In this document: positions 24,998-37,649 of the stretch, in pieces
Numbering within the stretch: position 1 is the first letter of the stretch
Layout of the letters: each line of letters opens with the position of its first letter
NCBI GenBank assembly: GCA_951406725.2
Contig: OX597816.1
Location: 107,136,001-107,200,000 of the forward strand
Source of the DNA: Octopus vulgaris
Lineage: Eukaryota
DNA: 64,000 nucleotides
Direction: 5' to 3'
The notes under the pieces: model-generated
Databases searched by the model: none
Seen by the model: only the letters and a program-made list of their open reading frames with translations
Told to the model about the DNA's origin: nothing
Position numbers and translations under genes: made by a program

Positions 24998-26240
24998 GAG
25001 GGGCGTTCAATAAGTAATGCCCCTGACCCACTTCCCATAGCAGTAGAGCAACGACACTTGGCACAGTTATTAGTCTTTTCCTACATAGGAACCACCCAGA
25101 GTTATGCATTTCTCCCATCGTTTGATACAGCTCTGGAGACCGTTTTTGTAGAAGACCCCAGCTTGGTCCTCCAACCACGACGTGACTTCAGAAATCAAGG
25201 CTGCATCATTTGGGAAACGCTTTCCTTTCAAAATCAACTTCATGGCTGGGAAGAGGTGAAAATCAGAGGGTGCAAGGGGAGGAGCTCATAGCTGCACGCC
25301 TGTGCTTCTGATCTGGCGACACGCGAGTTGTGGACCGGAGCGTTGTCCTGCAGGGGGAGGATGCCTTTGCTGATCTTGCCCCGCCTCTTGATTTTGATAG
25401 CTTCTCTTAATTTCCTCAAAAGTGAAGCATAATAGGCTCCTGTAATTGTGGTACCCTTTGCCAGGAAATCTGTCATCACTACTCCGTCCTGGTCCCAGAA
25501 GACTGTGAGCATAACCTTGTCAGCGGAGGGCTGCACCCTTGCCTTCTTTGGAGGAGGTGAGTCACGGTGCTTTCACTGCATTGACTGGGCTTTGGTCTAT
25601 GGTCTGTGTGATCAGTCTTTTGAAAAATTTTGACTCATCTTCTTGGCACATCTCCAAATTCATCCTCGAGCACTCAACGCGTTCTTGCTTCTAGAAAGGT
25701 GTGAGCAACCTGGAAATCCATCTGGCAGACACCTTTTGCATATGCAAATGGTCATGAATGATAGTTTCCACAGACCCGGTACTAATCTTGACCTTATGGG
25801 CTATTTGGCGAATAGTTATGCGTTGACCTTCCAAAATGGCAGCCTCAACTTGACGGACAGACATCTCATCAACGGCAGAAGGGGGCGACCAGATCTGGGA
25901 GCTGTTTCCACAGAGTTCCGACTATGTTTGAATTCACAATGCCAGCGTTTTACAAGGTCATATGATGGGGCATCATCACCATAAGTTACTTTCATTTCAT
26001 CAAAAGTCTCCCGTGGTGTGCGTCCTTTCAAATACAAAAACCAGATCACTGCTCGACACTCAACAGGCTCCATTTCACACTTGACTCAGTTCAAACACCT
26101 GTAAATCAGAAACCACAATTAGTTCAGAGCTGTAATTCGCCACTTAATCTATAGAGGTATAAATAAGTGCACATGCAAAATTTCAGCTAGATCAAACAAC
26201 TGCAAGTGGGTCAGGGGCATTACTTATTGAACGCCCCTCG
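24997..26240 (-). mobile_element. Mariner transposon, TIR to TIR, transposase disrupted
   Basis: 37-bp perfect TIRs (cgaggggcgttcaataagtaatgcccctgacccactt) with TA flanks inside (TA)n. Transposase fragments MEPVECRAVI..PRSGRP, KVMLTVFWD and QDNAPVH. Confidence 0.95.
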
Positions 26241-27917
26241 TATATATATATGCATATACATACATGCAATACATATGCACGTGCGCACACACACATACAC
26301 ACAAGCACACGCACGCACACAGCCACTCACATGCACACACACACATATCAAACACTCATAATTTTCTTTGGATAAAGTAACCTTCGTGGATGCGGTATAA
26401 GATTTTCATTCGAACCATGCCACAACCTGTAGTTCCTAACATTGTTGTGAAGAATCCATTTCCCATCTCAAAGTCATGATCAGTTTTGAAGATGGTGTTC
26501 TGCGGTTATTGTGCATGCGACGATTCTCAACAGTCAAACGTTTGTTGATCATTTACTGCTGGAAAAAAAAAAAGCATGGGAAATCCCTTTCAATCATTTT
26601 GAAACCTATCCTAGCTTCTTCATACGATTATCAAAGACTACAAATGCTAGCATTAAATTCAGTGGAAATCTATCTCCCCAGTACAGCAAGATTTCTTTGC
26701 AACTATTGCATTATCGAATTCGGAAGGAAGTACTGATCTAAATTCCTCAAGTAAGTTGAAATTGTCACACCTGAATTTTCCTTCTGTTAGTTCTTTCATT
26801 CACTGTATCTTGATCATAAGTCTTTTGAACATTTTTGTATGATTCGCTTGGATTAGATATTCGATGAAACTCATAAAGCATAATGGGACAAATATTATCT
26901 TTGCTTGGTTCCATGGTGAGTTCTTCATATAGAAAATTATATTAAAATACGGTTGTTGCTCTGCGGAAGCTCTTCATGAAATGATTATGCATCAGCGAAT
27001 GCTACCAATATTTACTGTGTTGAGAAATAAAGACAGACAAACAACACGCCCCCCCCCCCAAAAAAAAAACAACAACAAATAAATAAATAAATAAACAGGT
27101 TTGAATAGGCTCAACTTCGTAATCTATACAGCCTGATATATACATACATACACACACACACACACATATATATATGTATATATATATATATATGCATATT
27201 TGGGTACATGGACGTCACCAACAGTAAACAACATGAAATACGAAAACAAATGAGTTAAATACACAAACAACGAGAGAAAAAATGGAAATCAACACACACA
27301 CACACACACATAAACATATATACATATATATACATACATACATACACACATATATATACACACACATACAAGAACAGATGCATCTCACGCATACGCACAC
27401 ACATATGCAAGCACATATAGACACATACACACACACACACACGCATACACATACTATTTATTATAAACTTTGTGCCTATATACACAAGTTTGTTGGCATT
27501 CATATAGCTTCTGTAATAAACTTCTTTGTGTGTGCGTATGCGCGTGTATTAGTGGGTGGATGTTTATTCTATCATTCCAGTTCGCCATTGCAGTGCCAAT
27601 AATCAGTTGCTAGAATTCAATATATTTTCTCTCTCTCATTCTGTACATATCTATCTATCAGTCTGTCTGTCTGTCTGTCTGTCTATCCACCCATCCACAT
27701 ATTTATCTACGTATATGCAGATGTATGCATATATATATTTTTAATTCTATGCCGGTGACATTCCTGCTTGTGCATATATCCGTATACTTACCTGTATATT
27801 TGTTATATATTTGTATATATCTATACATATCCATAAGTGCCTATGCATCTATGTGTGTACATGTATATGTGCACTCGGTTATCCATACCTAAACTTATGT
27901 CCAGATCAACCCATATA

Positions 27918-28883
27918 TGAGGGGGTACTCAAAAGAAACCGGAAATTTGCAATGTTATTTTATTCACTTAGCTTTACATGTTTACACTTTTATCGTCTTC
28001 AAAGTACATTTGAAGCAATGCAACGGTCCAGACGCGTTGGCCACTGTTCGTAGCAGCGATGGAACTCTTGCGAAGTGATGCCTTTTAACGCCTCCGTAGT
28101 TTTTTTTCTTCACCGGCTTCCGTTGCACCAGCTTTCATTACCAGTGATGACCTTCGAAAACGGGTCCCAATCAATTTCCTACTGTTCTTTCAGTTCACGA
28201 CACGCATTCAGTCGCAACTGCTTTTGATCTTCTGTGAGCAAGCGAGGCACAAATTTTGCTGTAACTCTTTTCATTCGCAATTCCTCGCTCAAAATTCATT
28301 GGCAGGGGCTCCAAGATACATCAGTCATATCAACAAGTTCGTCAATTGAACACATTTAGGATACTCAGCCAAACACAGAAATATTATATGTACCCTGAAT
28401 ACAAAAAAGCAGGAGCCATCTGAAAGAAAATTGTTATAAATTGTGATCAGTTCATGAATTTCCATAATGTTTTCATTCGTTGGGGAGGTCGACGGTCGTC
28501 CTGAACGAGGCTGGTCTTCAAGCGACAAATGACCTATCCTAAAGCGTGAAAATCACTCGTAAACATGTGTTTTGCTCATGGCAGCGTCCTTGTAAGCCGC
28601 TTGAAGCATGACAACTATTTTGGCCGCCGTTTCCCCAGCAGAAGACAGAATTTCAAGGAGGCCTGCTGTTCCTTCGTTTCAGCCATTGCAAAAATCAATG
28701 AACAGGGGAGAAGCATTGCAAAACAAAGACGAACCACGTGGCAGTACGACTCCGCTCAGTGACGCCGGTTGGCAGACTGAATGCCTGAGGGTTCGCATCA
28801 AGTGGCTTCTAGCGGCAGAAGCCCGAAGAACAACGGGCTTGTCCCACAGAGAACGTTTCCGGTTACTTTTGGGTACATCCTCG
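27918..28883 (-). mobile_element. Internally deleted mariner of a second family
   Basis: Imperfect TIRs (tgagggggtactcaaaagaaaccggaaa / tttccggttacttttgggtacatcctcg), TA flanks, SLEDQPRSGRPSTS and AKFVPRLL..VITGNESW relics. Confidence 0.85.
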
Positions 28884-29169
28884 TACATCTGAAAGGTGTC
28901 AACATTTCTATATACCAATTATACATGCTTATCCCTTTATTTGTGTGTACCTAAATATGTTCACAACTCTATGCACATACAAATAGGCGCAGGAGTGGCT
29001 GTGTGGTAAGAAGTTTGCTTCCGAATCACATGCTACCCGGTGCAGTCCCACTGCTTGAAACCTTGAGCAGATATCTTTTCCTGCTATAGCCTCAGGCTGA
29101 TCACAGGCTTGTGAGTGGATTTGTTTGACTTTAGCGGAAAGCCTGTCGTGTGTGCCTGTGTGTGCATGC

Positions 29170-29217
<48 letters not shown>

Positions 29218-29832
29218 AGTAACACATGATAACAGACAACAAAGTAACACACGGAAAAAGGTCACACAGAAGACGTGGACATGCTCATCCTTCATCAGTT
29301 ATCGACCAAAAATCATCACAGTTTCACACCATGTATGAGTATGTGTGTGTTAGTGTTGTCCCCCACCACTTCTTCACAACCAGTGTTGGCGTGTTTACGG
29401 CCCCATAACTTAGCGGTTCAAAAAAAGAGACTGATAAAATAAGTACCAGGTTTAAAAAATAAAACAAAAATTAAGCATTAGAGTTGACTAAGATTTTTCA
29501 AGGCGGTGCCCCAACATGGCCGCAGTCTCATGACTGAATCAAGTAAAAAGTAACAGAAAGATGGTCTGAGCATGAGCCTGTGTGTATGTCTGTGCCAACA
29601 TGTCTATATGGGTATGGATGTATGTATATATCCATCTTCTTGTACGCGCGCGCGTAATGTATATTTCCACTCATTCAAATATATTTATAAGCATATCTGT
29701 ATGTACTACTACATATTCCTGAATGTACTACTTTATCTTACATATTTATGTATCTAGCTATGTATGTATGTATGTATGTATGTATGTATGTATGTATGTA
29801 TGTATGTATGTATGTATGTATGTATGTATGTT

Positions 29833-29915
<83 letters not shown>

Positions 29916-30122
29916 GTTCGTGTGTGTGTGTTAGAATACATATACACAAATATTCATAGACATAAGATATTTATAGACACAGGTATCTAAACATTCTACA
30001 TTCATCCATAAGATATTTATAGATACAGATTGTCCATCCATCCATCCATCCATCCATCCATCCATCCATCCATCCATCCATCCATCCATCCATCCATCCA
30101 TCCAAACATCTCAACATACATA

Positions 30123-31080
30123 CGAGGGGTGTTCATTGAAGATTTTCTCCTGACCCAGTTCTCAAGGACTGGGATAAACGAAACTTGGCATAATTATTAG
30201 TTCTCCTCTACATAGCCACTACCAATAGTGATACACTTCTGTCACTTTATGCAGCTGTGAAGACTTCGTCTTCATCATCATCATCACCCGAAAAGTGCTT
30301 CTACTTAAAAAAAAGACTTCATTGTTGGAAAGAGGTGGAGTAAGGGGGATGAGGAAGGATTTCTTAGCCGCAGAAGTGTGCTGTCATCTGGGCAACATGC
30401 GCATAGTGAACTGGGGCGTTGTCTTAGAGGAGGCGGACTCCTTTGGTCAGCATGCTACGCCTCTCTACTTTGATGGCGTCCCGCAATTTCTGAAACAAAG
30501 AAGCATAATATGTCCCGTGTATTGTGGTGCCCGTTGCCAGAAAATTCATCATCACTACTCCACGCTGGTCCCAAAAGATTGAGCATCACCTTGCCTGCTG
30601 AGGGTTGGACACAAGCCTTCTTTGGAGGTGGTGAGTTATCATGCTTCCATTTACTTCGTCTGAACTTTAGTCTCAGGATCATAGTGATGGACCCATGTTT
30701 CATCCTGTGTGATGAATCAGCCGAAATAGTCCTCCTCGTTTTCTTAGCTCATTGCCAAAAGAGCCTGGGTGTAATTGACTCGTTCCTGCTCGAGCATCTG
30801 GAAAATCCATCGTGCAGACAACTTCCGCATGTGAAAATAGTCGTGAATGATTTTTTCCCACGGACCCTACATTTTTCTTCATTTCTTGGGCTAGTTACCG
30901 AATATTTATGCAGCGACCTTCAAAAATAGCGGCTTTCACTTTATGGATGGTGTCGTCATCAATGGCGGAATGTGGTCGTCCAGTTTCCACCGATGTCTGA
31001 CCACATTTGAACTGGCGATACCAGTGCTTGACTACGTCGTATCATGTTGCATCGTCACCATAAACTTCTTTCATCTGATC
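30123..31080 (-). mobile_element. Third mariner relic, truncated at its 5' end
   Basis: TIR ta|cgagggggtgttca. Relics EVYGDDA, ITQDETWVHHYDPE and PPPKKACVQPSAGKVM. Confidence 0.85.
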
Positions 31081-31330
31081 GATGAAAGCCGAGAAGGGCA
31101 AATTGTCGAAGTATAGGCCACTCCCTGACAAATTTGTAGGCGAGCCTGTGACAGTAGAGACGTCCAGCGTTCTTGACCTACAGGCTAAAGCCCTGCTCAC
31201 TGCTATCGGGGCAGAGATGGCTATTTGCAAGAGCGAGCTCCGTGAGTCGGAGTGGCTGTTGCAGCACGTCTCTCTCGCCATCCTCCTGGGCAACGCCGTT
31301 TCTATTTTGTCCACCGGGACCCTGAGACGG
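31081..31330 (+). mobile_element. CRE-like non-LTR retrotransposon 3' fragment (RLE C-terminus)
   Basis: AEKGKLSKY..FVGEPVTVETS..WLLQHVSLAILLGNAVSI matches the AE..K..KY..P..ET.G..QR.S.AI.RGNA pattern. Confidence 0.7.
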
Positions 31331-31468
31331 ACAGACAAATCTCTTTATACTCATACGTACATATACCTTAAGTAGCTCTGTTTATGTATCTGTATCTACA
31401 TCTATGCATATGATAGTTTGTGCATATGTATTCACACACATAGACGCACACATACTCGTACGCACTCG

Positions 31469-31547
<79 letters not shown>

Positions 31548-32112
31548 CTTTTCCATGTTTGATCTCTCAGCTACTCTGTTGCAGCCGAGCCATGCTCCCT
31601 GCCAACCGTTTTCCTCTTCCTTGCCCCGCAGTCTAAAGTTATCTGCTTAAAAAACATTTAAAATCCAAATTACAATTTGCCTTTACAAAACAACTAAATA
31701 TTATTCTTCTATACATAAAAAAACAGTTGTTCATGCATCAATGCTTATCTATCACTTTCACCGTAATTCAAAGCCAGTTCAATTAACATTCCGTTACATC
31801 CATTCAAAAAGAAATAGAAAAAAATCCCGACATTTTAACTTCTCCCACACATTCTATTTATATGCTTTTTAAAAATTAATTACAAAACCAAACGCCCAAT
31901 TTTAGAATACCACACCCACCTGCCAGGTCACACCTACACACGTCCATGCGGAAATCACCACTTTCGAATATTTACAAATATAAAATAAAAATGAGTTGTG
32001 CAGCGTATTGATGCACATTTCACACCCATCAATACTTTTCAACCAAATAAAGACACCCATATTTTGAGGATTTCCGCCGATGGGATGAAACTACTAGACA
32101 ATGCAAGGATAT

Positions 32113-32446
32113 TCAACTGTTATCGTATAAATTGAGTTCTCTTTCGTTAGGAAGCCGAATATGTAACCTTCTATGTATCATATTTAACTTATATACGTCG
32201 CTTTCAACCGGCAAGGTACTTCGTCTTTTTCGCTCGAGATTAAATGTCTTATGTGTTGTGTTAAAAGTATTGGAGGAAGACGAAAAATCATGCCGACAGC
32301 GGCTTGCAAGAACGTTAGATGTATTTCGGCGTTGTTGAGCCTTGTCAGTAATTGCAGCTACATACCTAGACGAACGCCTCCGATATGTAGGAAATCGAAT
32401 AATACCTTCACTGATATTGTGAATAGCCGCCGGGCTTGATAAAATC
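32113..32446 (-). CDS. Candidate terminal exon of an unidentified gene (ILSSPAAIHNISEG...LNLYDNS*)
   Basis: About 120 stop-free codons in unique, CpG-rich sequence, missed by the ORF track because there is no early start. cag acceptor in phase 2; three RRxS/T motifs; U-rich downstream. A competing + strand exon reading exists at 32151-32215. Confidence 0.35.
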
Positions 32447-33046
32447 CTGGTGTACGCAATTAAATCAGTATTAAATCAATTGAAGTAGTATTAAATCAAA
32501 TAGTCGTCTATATATATCATGCACCGTCGACAGGCAAGATACTGCGGATTTCGTCCGAGAGGCGACTAATTTCCTAATTTCGTCAAGGCATGTGACTGCG
32601 AATATACATCATTGTGATATATTCTTTTATTCTTTGTTTCAGTCATTTGACTACGGCCATGCTGGAACACCGCCTTAAAAGTTTTTGTTTTTTAGTCGAA
32701 CAAATGGACCCCAGGACTTATTCTATGTAAGCCTAGTACTTATTCTATCGGTCCATTTTGCCGAACCGCTAAGTTACGGGGGCGTAAACACACCAACATC
32801 GGTTATCAAGCAATGGTGGGAGGACAAACATAGACACACTTATACACACACACTTATACACACACACACACACACACATCTGTACACGACGGGTTTCTTT
32901 CAGTTTCCGCCTACCAAATCCACTCGCAAGGCTTTGATCGGCCTGAGGCTATAGGAGAATACAGTTGCCCATGGTGCCACGCAGTGGGACTGAACCCGAA
33001 GCGTTGTAGTTGGGAAGCAAGCTTCTTACCACGCAGCGACGCCTGC

Positions 33047-33110
<64 letters not shown>

Positions 33111-33112
<2 letters not shown>

Positions 33113-33700
33113 AAACATTTTTTTAAAACTGCAGAATGCTCAAATGAAAGAAAATTTTAATAAAATGAGAAATTGATAAAATATATAAATATATATTTAT
33201 TCAACCGGTTTTCGTCATTGTATGACTTGTCAAGAATATTTATGTTTTAAAAAAGTTTTTTTAAAAATTAGAAAGGGGAAAAAAAGAAAATTGCATTGTT
33301 TTTTGTAAAAGAATAATGATAAAAATGTACAAAAATTAAAAAATAAGTTCTCCGATACATTGTGAGTTCGTTGTGTATCTTGAGTTTTATGGTTGTTCAC
33401 GAAAAAATTACCTTGAGGTGTTAAGATCCAAAGGGATTAAGAGCATGTGTTGTGTTGTTTAATTCAGCATGTTTTTATCATTATTCTTTTACAAAAAACA
33501 ATGCAATTTTCTTTTTTTCCCCTTTCTAATTTTAAAAAAAACTTTTTAAAACATAAATATTCTTGACAAGTCATACAATGACGAAAACCGGTTGAATAAA
33601 TATATATTTATATATTTTATCAATTTCTCATTTTATTAAAATTTTCTTTCATTTGAGCATTCTGCATTTAAAAAATTTTGCAGTTTTAAAAAATGTTTCC
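33111..33700. mobile_element. Penelope-like remnant: ~215 bp inverted arms, each with a hammerhead-like motif, inside (TA)n
   Basis: 33111-33325 is the reverse complement of 33472-33700 (15-nt indel). The 146-nt spacer reads ..LNPFG.. on the minus strand, like GIY-YIG ends. Confidence 0.75.
33558..33598 (+). ncRNA. Minimal type-I hammerhead-like motif, U3-A8 variant (mirror copy 33198-33238 on -)
   Basis: tattc-TTGACAA-gtcat aca atgac-GAAA-accggtt-gaata: 5-bp stem I, 5-bp stem II, palindromic stem III. Confidence 0.6.
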
Positions 33701-33718
33701 ACGTGCGGTCAATATATA

Positions 33719-33790
<72 letters not shown>

Positions 33791-34170
33791 ATGTGTGTGT
33801 GCGCGCGCGTGTGTGTACATATATTACATTAATGTTTACATTGTGATATGGACACCTGTCACGTTTATACAAGCTCACAGTCGACAGTAAGAAAAGGACC
33901 GCCTGGTTGACGCTGTTTTAGCTATTGCTAAGGTTTCATGAATTTAATCGATCATTCTACATTTTACTTCTTCAGCAAAATCGTACTTATGACTATTGTT
34001 GTTACGTTTACAACTAAATCAGTGAGAGTAATTTCTAGATTCTACATTCTCGGCTGTTCTGCTTCGCAAGTTAGGACGTGCCAGTAGTGATTCTTTTCCA
34101 TAACAAATTGTAGGCCTGTCGCCAGACTTTGGTACCTGGGGTCCTTCAGAATATTCTGGGTAGACACTAA

Positions 34171-34560
34171 TCTCTCTATATATAAAGCTGAAGTTGTCTG
34201 TGTTTGGAAGGTTTGGTAGCCTTCAACTAACACTATCTCCTCCGAGACCCTGCGGCACAAGTTGACCAAAATTGAGAGTATGATAGAAGAAGGCTTGCTC
34301 TTCCAGAAGAAAAAATTCAAATCGGACCACGTTAACATAAAAAATTATTTACATCAAAAAGGTGCTTTTTTTTTTTTCTATGAAAGTCCTATTTTTTACG
34401 ATTTTTTGACTGCTGTGTCACCATTTTTCGGTTTATTTCAACCAGAAAAATGTTCACTTAAAGAGAATAACAAGCTACATAATGCAAAATTTTTACTTTT
34501 CAAAAATTCCAATTCTAAAGGGTCGAAACAAACCCGAGCAACGCCGGGTAGTTCTGCTAG
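34171..34560 (+). mobile_element. Non-autonomous Helitron
   Basis: 5' a|TC, 3' hairpin cccgagcaacgccggg then CTAG|t. Inserted between A and T with no TSD. Confidence 0.85.
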
Positions 34561-34734
34561 TTTGTAATAATGCTAAAGTGGAGTTTCGAAATAAGTGTAT
34601 CACTGTAAATCCGAGGGTGCACCACTGAAAAGTGAGTGGGTAGTGCCGTTCAGTGCACCCGGTTAGCGACTGGTATGCTAAATAGTAAACATTTGGTACG
34701 AAAACTAAACTCTGCTAGCACGTCAGTAATTCAA

Positions 34735-34794
<60 letters not shown>

Positions 34795-34896
34795 ACACAT
34801 ACACACACACACAAACACACGCGCACATACACACACGCACGCACATACGCACACGGGTCATCACACACAGACACTCACGCACGAGTTTGCTCTTAG

Positions 34897-34968
34897 GTTA
34901 TCCTTTGCATTCTCTGATGATTGAACAACATAATTTCTGGTGTGAAGCTTCGATTGCTGACGGGATAC
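34897..34968 (+). CDS. Candidate 72-nt phase1-phase1 exon (YPLHSLMIEQHNFWCEASIADGI)
   Basis: tcttag acceptor, gtgagt donor, length divisible by 3, only one open frame, unique sequence between microsatellites. Confidence 0.5.
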
Positions 34969-35607
34969 GTGAGTATTTGATTAGAAAGGGTTAGGTATTG
35001 CTTATTTGAGTGTATGTGGCTTTCCACACTTCTGGTTGTACTGAGTCCTTTTTGTTTCTCAGTTTCTTCCATCTCTCTCCAACAATAGTAGTAGTAGTAG
35101 TGGTGATGGTGATGTTGTTGGTAGTGGTAGTGATGGTGGTGATGGCGGCGGCGGTGGTGGTGTTGGTGGTGATGATAATAGTAGTAGTCGTGTTGGTGGT
35201 AGTAGTAGTAGTGGTGGTGGTGTTGATGGCGGTAGGAGTGGTGGTGATGATGGTAGTGGTAGTAGTATGAGGGGGATGCGCTATGACAGTGTGTCACTGC
35301 GTCCAATATTTGTTGGTGATTCCCTACTCCTGGGATAGATGACATCTTTGCACCACTCAGGCGACAACCCTCCAACTCATAGATCTGTTTAGGTAGTTAT
35401 GGCTGCTGAGGGTTTTACGAGATCGGAGAGCAAAATCCTACCCCAACCTCTTTTAGTCGCCTTTTACGATACATAGAGGAAACGCTAGGGCTATTCTTTT
35501 GTCATGCTGGTTCCCACACAGCAGGAAAAACCAAATGATAAAATAACATGAACTCTTATACTTTTGAAGAATTGGCGTTACTCTTCTTCCAAATGGTTTT
35601 TTTTAAA

Positions 35608-35833
35608 TTTCTTTACTGCCCACAAGGGGCTAAACATAGAGGCGACAAACAAGGACAGACAAAGGGATTAAGTCGATTACATCGACCCCGGTACGTAACT
35701 GGTACTTAATTTATCGGCCCCGAAAGGATAAAAGGCAAAGTCGACCTCGGCAGAATTTGAATTCAGAACGCAGCGGCGGACGAAATACGGCTACGCATTT
35801 CGTCCGGCGTGCTAACGTTTCTGCCAGCTCGGC
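35608..35833 (-). mobile_element. SINE family 3 (representative copy)
   Basis: Reverse complement of 58703-58937 (gagctggcagaaacgttagc...gttcaaatt...tttatcctttcggggc). Others at 5575-5785(-), 49500-49660(-), 54420-54603(-), 58937-59135, 59320-59480 and 61640-61812(-). Confidence 0.85.
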
Positions 35834-36052
35834 CAACAGAAAACCATTCTTCGAAATGGTTTTCTGTTGGTCTTTGAACATATACAATACATTAGCGAGG
35901 TGATGAACATGATGTAGCTGATCGTTGAAGACCCTACAAGAGAAGTACAAGTCAGACGCGTATTTCATGCCTATTATTTCTCTGCCAAGATAGTGAAAAT
36001 GGACATTTCATAAAGTTCCTCTATGACTATAAGATCCACAGGTATTTATATA

Positions 36053-36130
<78 letters not shown>

Positions 36131-37649
36131 TAGAAAAAGAAGAAGAGAGAGAGAGAGAGGGGGGAGAGGGAGGGAAGAAAAAGTGGATTAATTCCACACA
36201 AGCAGAAAACAAGAAAATTGGTTTTGAAATTGAAAATGCACTTGTGTCTTAAAACGAATTATAATTAATTTTAAAAATATATATCAAAATACCATACCGG
36301 TTTCTTTGATTTATACTTGTTTTTCAATAGTAAATAAAAATAACATAAAAAATATAAAGAAAGTGAAAGCACAAGAGAAAAACATTCACTTAAAGCCAAA
36401 TGTTTAATAAGTTTGACAGTTATAAGAAATTATGAAAGTTCAAATGGTCGATATATCTCATAGCTATAATACGTTAGAAATTTGAAAGTTGAATGTTTCA
36501 TAGCGATAGATCATGTTAGCTGTTAGACATAAATTTCTTTTTTGTGTATTGGTGGAATCGACAGGATTCCATAAAGTTTCCGTCTTCCCGATTTCATTCG
36601 GAAGGCTTGGATAGACCCAGGGCTATGGTGCAAGACACTTGCCCAAAATTCCACGGGAAATCGTGATTGCAAAGCTAACTTCCACAACCTTTGGGCATAT
36701 AGTATTTATCAGTGCATAAATTTATGTGTGTGTGGGTGTGTGTGCGTGTGCGTACATATATGCATACACACACACCTACATAGATATACATACATACGGT
36801 TATGCGGATATGCACGCTCATACACATATGCCTATGTGCGCACTCTTTTTACTCGTCTACTTACCCACCTATCTGCTTCCCTCCCTCCTTTCCTATCTAT
36901 CTATTTATCTATCTGTCTGTCTGTCTGTCTCCTTCACACACGGAAACATGCATATATCTATAAATCACGCACATAATACAGCTCTGGATGCATGCTTAGC
37001 CTATATCGAAGAAAGTATCAATGTATATGTTATTTGTTTATGTGGATGCGCAATGGCCCAGCGGTTAGAGCAGCGGACTCGTGGTCGTAGGATCGCAGTT
37101 TCGATTCCCAGACCGGGCGTTGTGAGTGTTTATTGAACGAAAACACCTAAAGCTATACACCTAAAGCAGGGGGTGGTGGCGAACTCCGCTGTACTCTCTC
37201 ACCACAACTTTCTCTCACTCTTTCTTTCTCTTGTACCTGTGTTTCGAAGGGCCAGCCATGTCACACTCTGTGTCACGCTGAATCACCTCAAGAACTACGT
37301 TAAGGGTACACGTGTCTCTGGAGTGCTTAGCTACGGGCACGTTCCGTCGATTGATTCAACTGGAACCCTCGTCGTCGTAACCGATGAAGTGCCACGATGT
37401 GATATAATGATATGGTTAAGTGTTTTAATACAAAAGGCAATGTCAGTGATGCGTTATGTCAATATTTGTGTGAATTCTTTTGTTCTAATACTTGTACTGT
37501 ACCCCTGTGTCTGTGTATGTGGGTGCGCGCTTATGTGTAAATGTTTTTATTTGTGTCTGATATATTGACTATACCTGTATCTTCAGAAATGCTACGGACG
37601 AAGCCAAGCACATCTATAGTAGTCGGAAACAAAGCCTGTTTACATTTTT

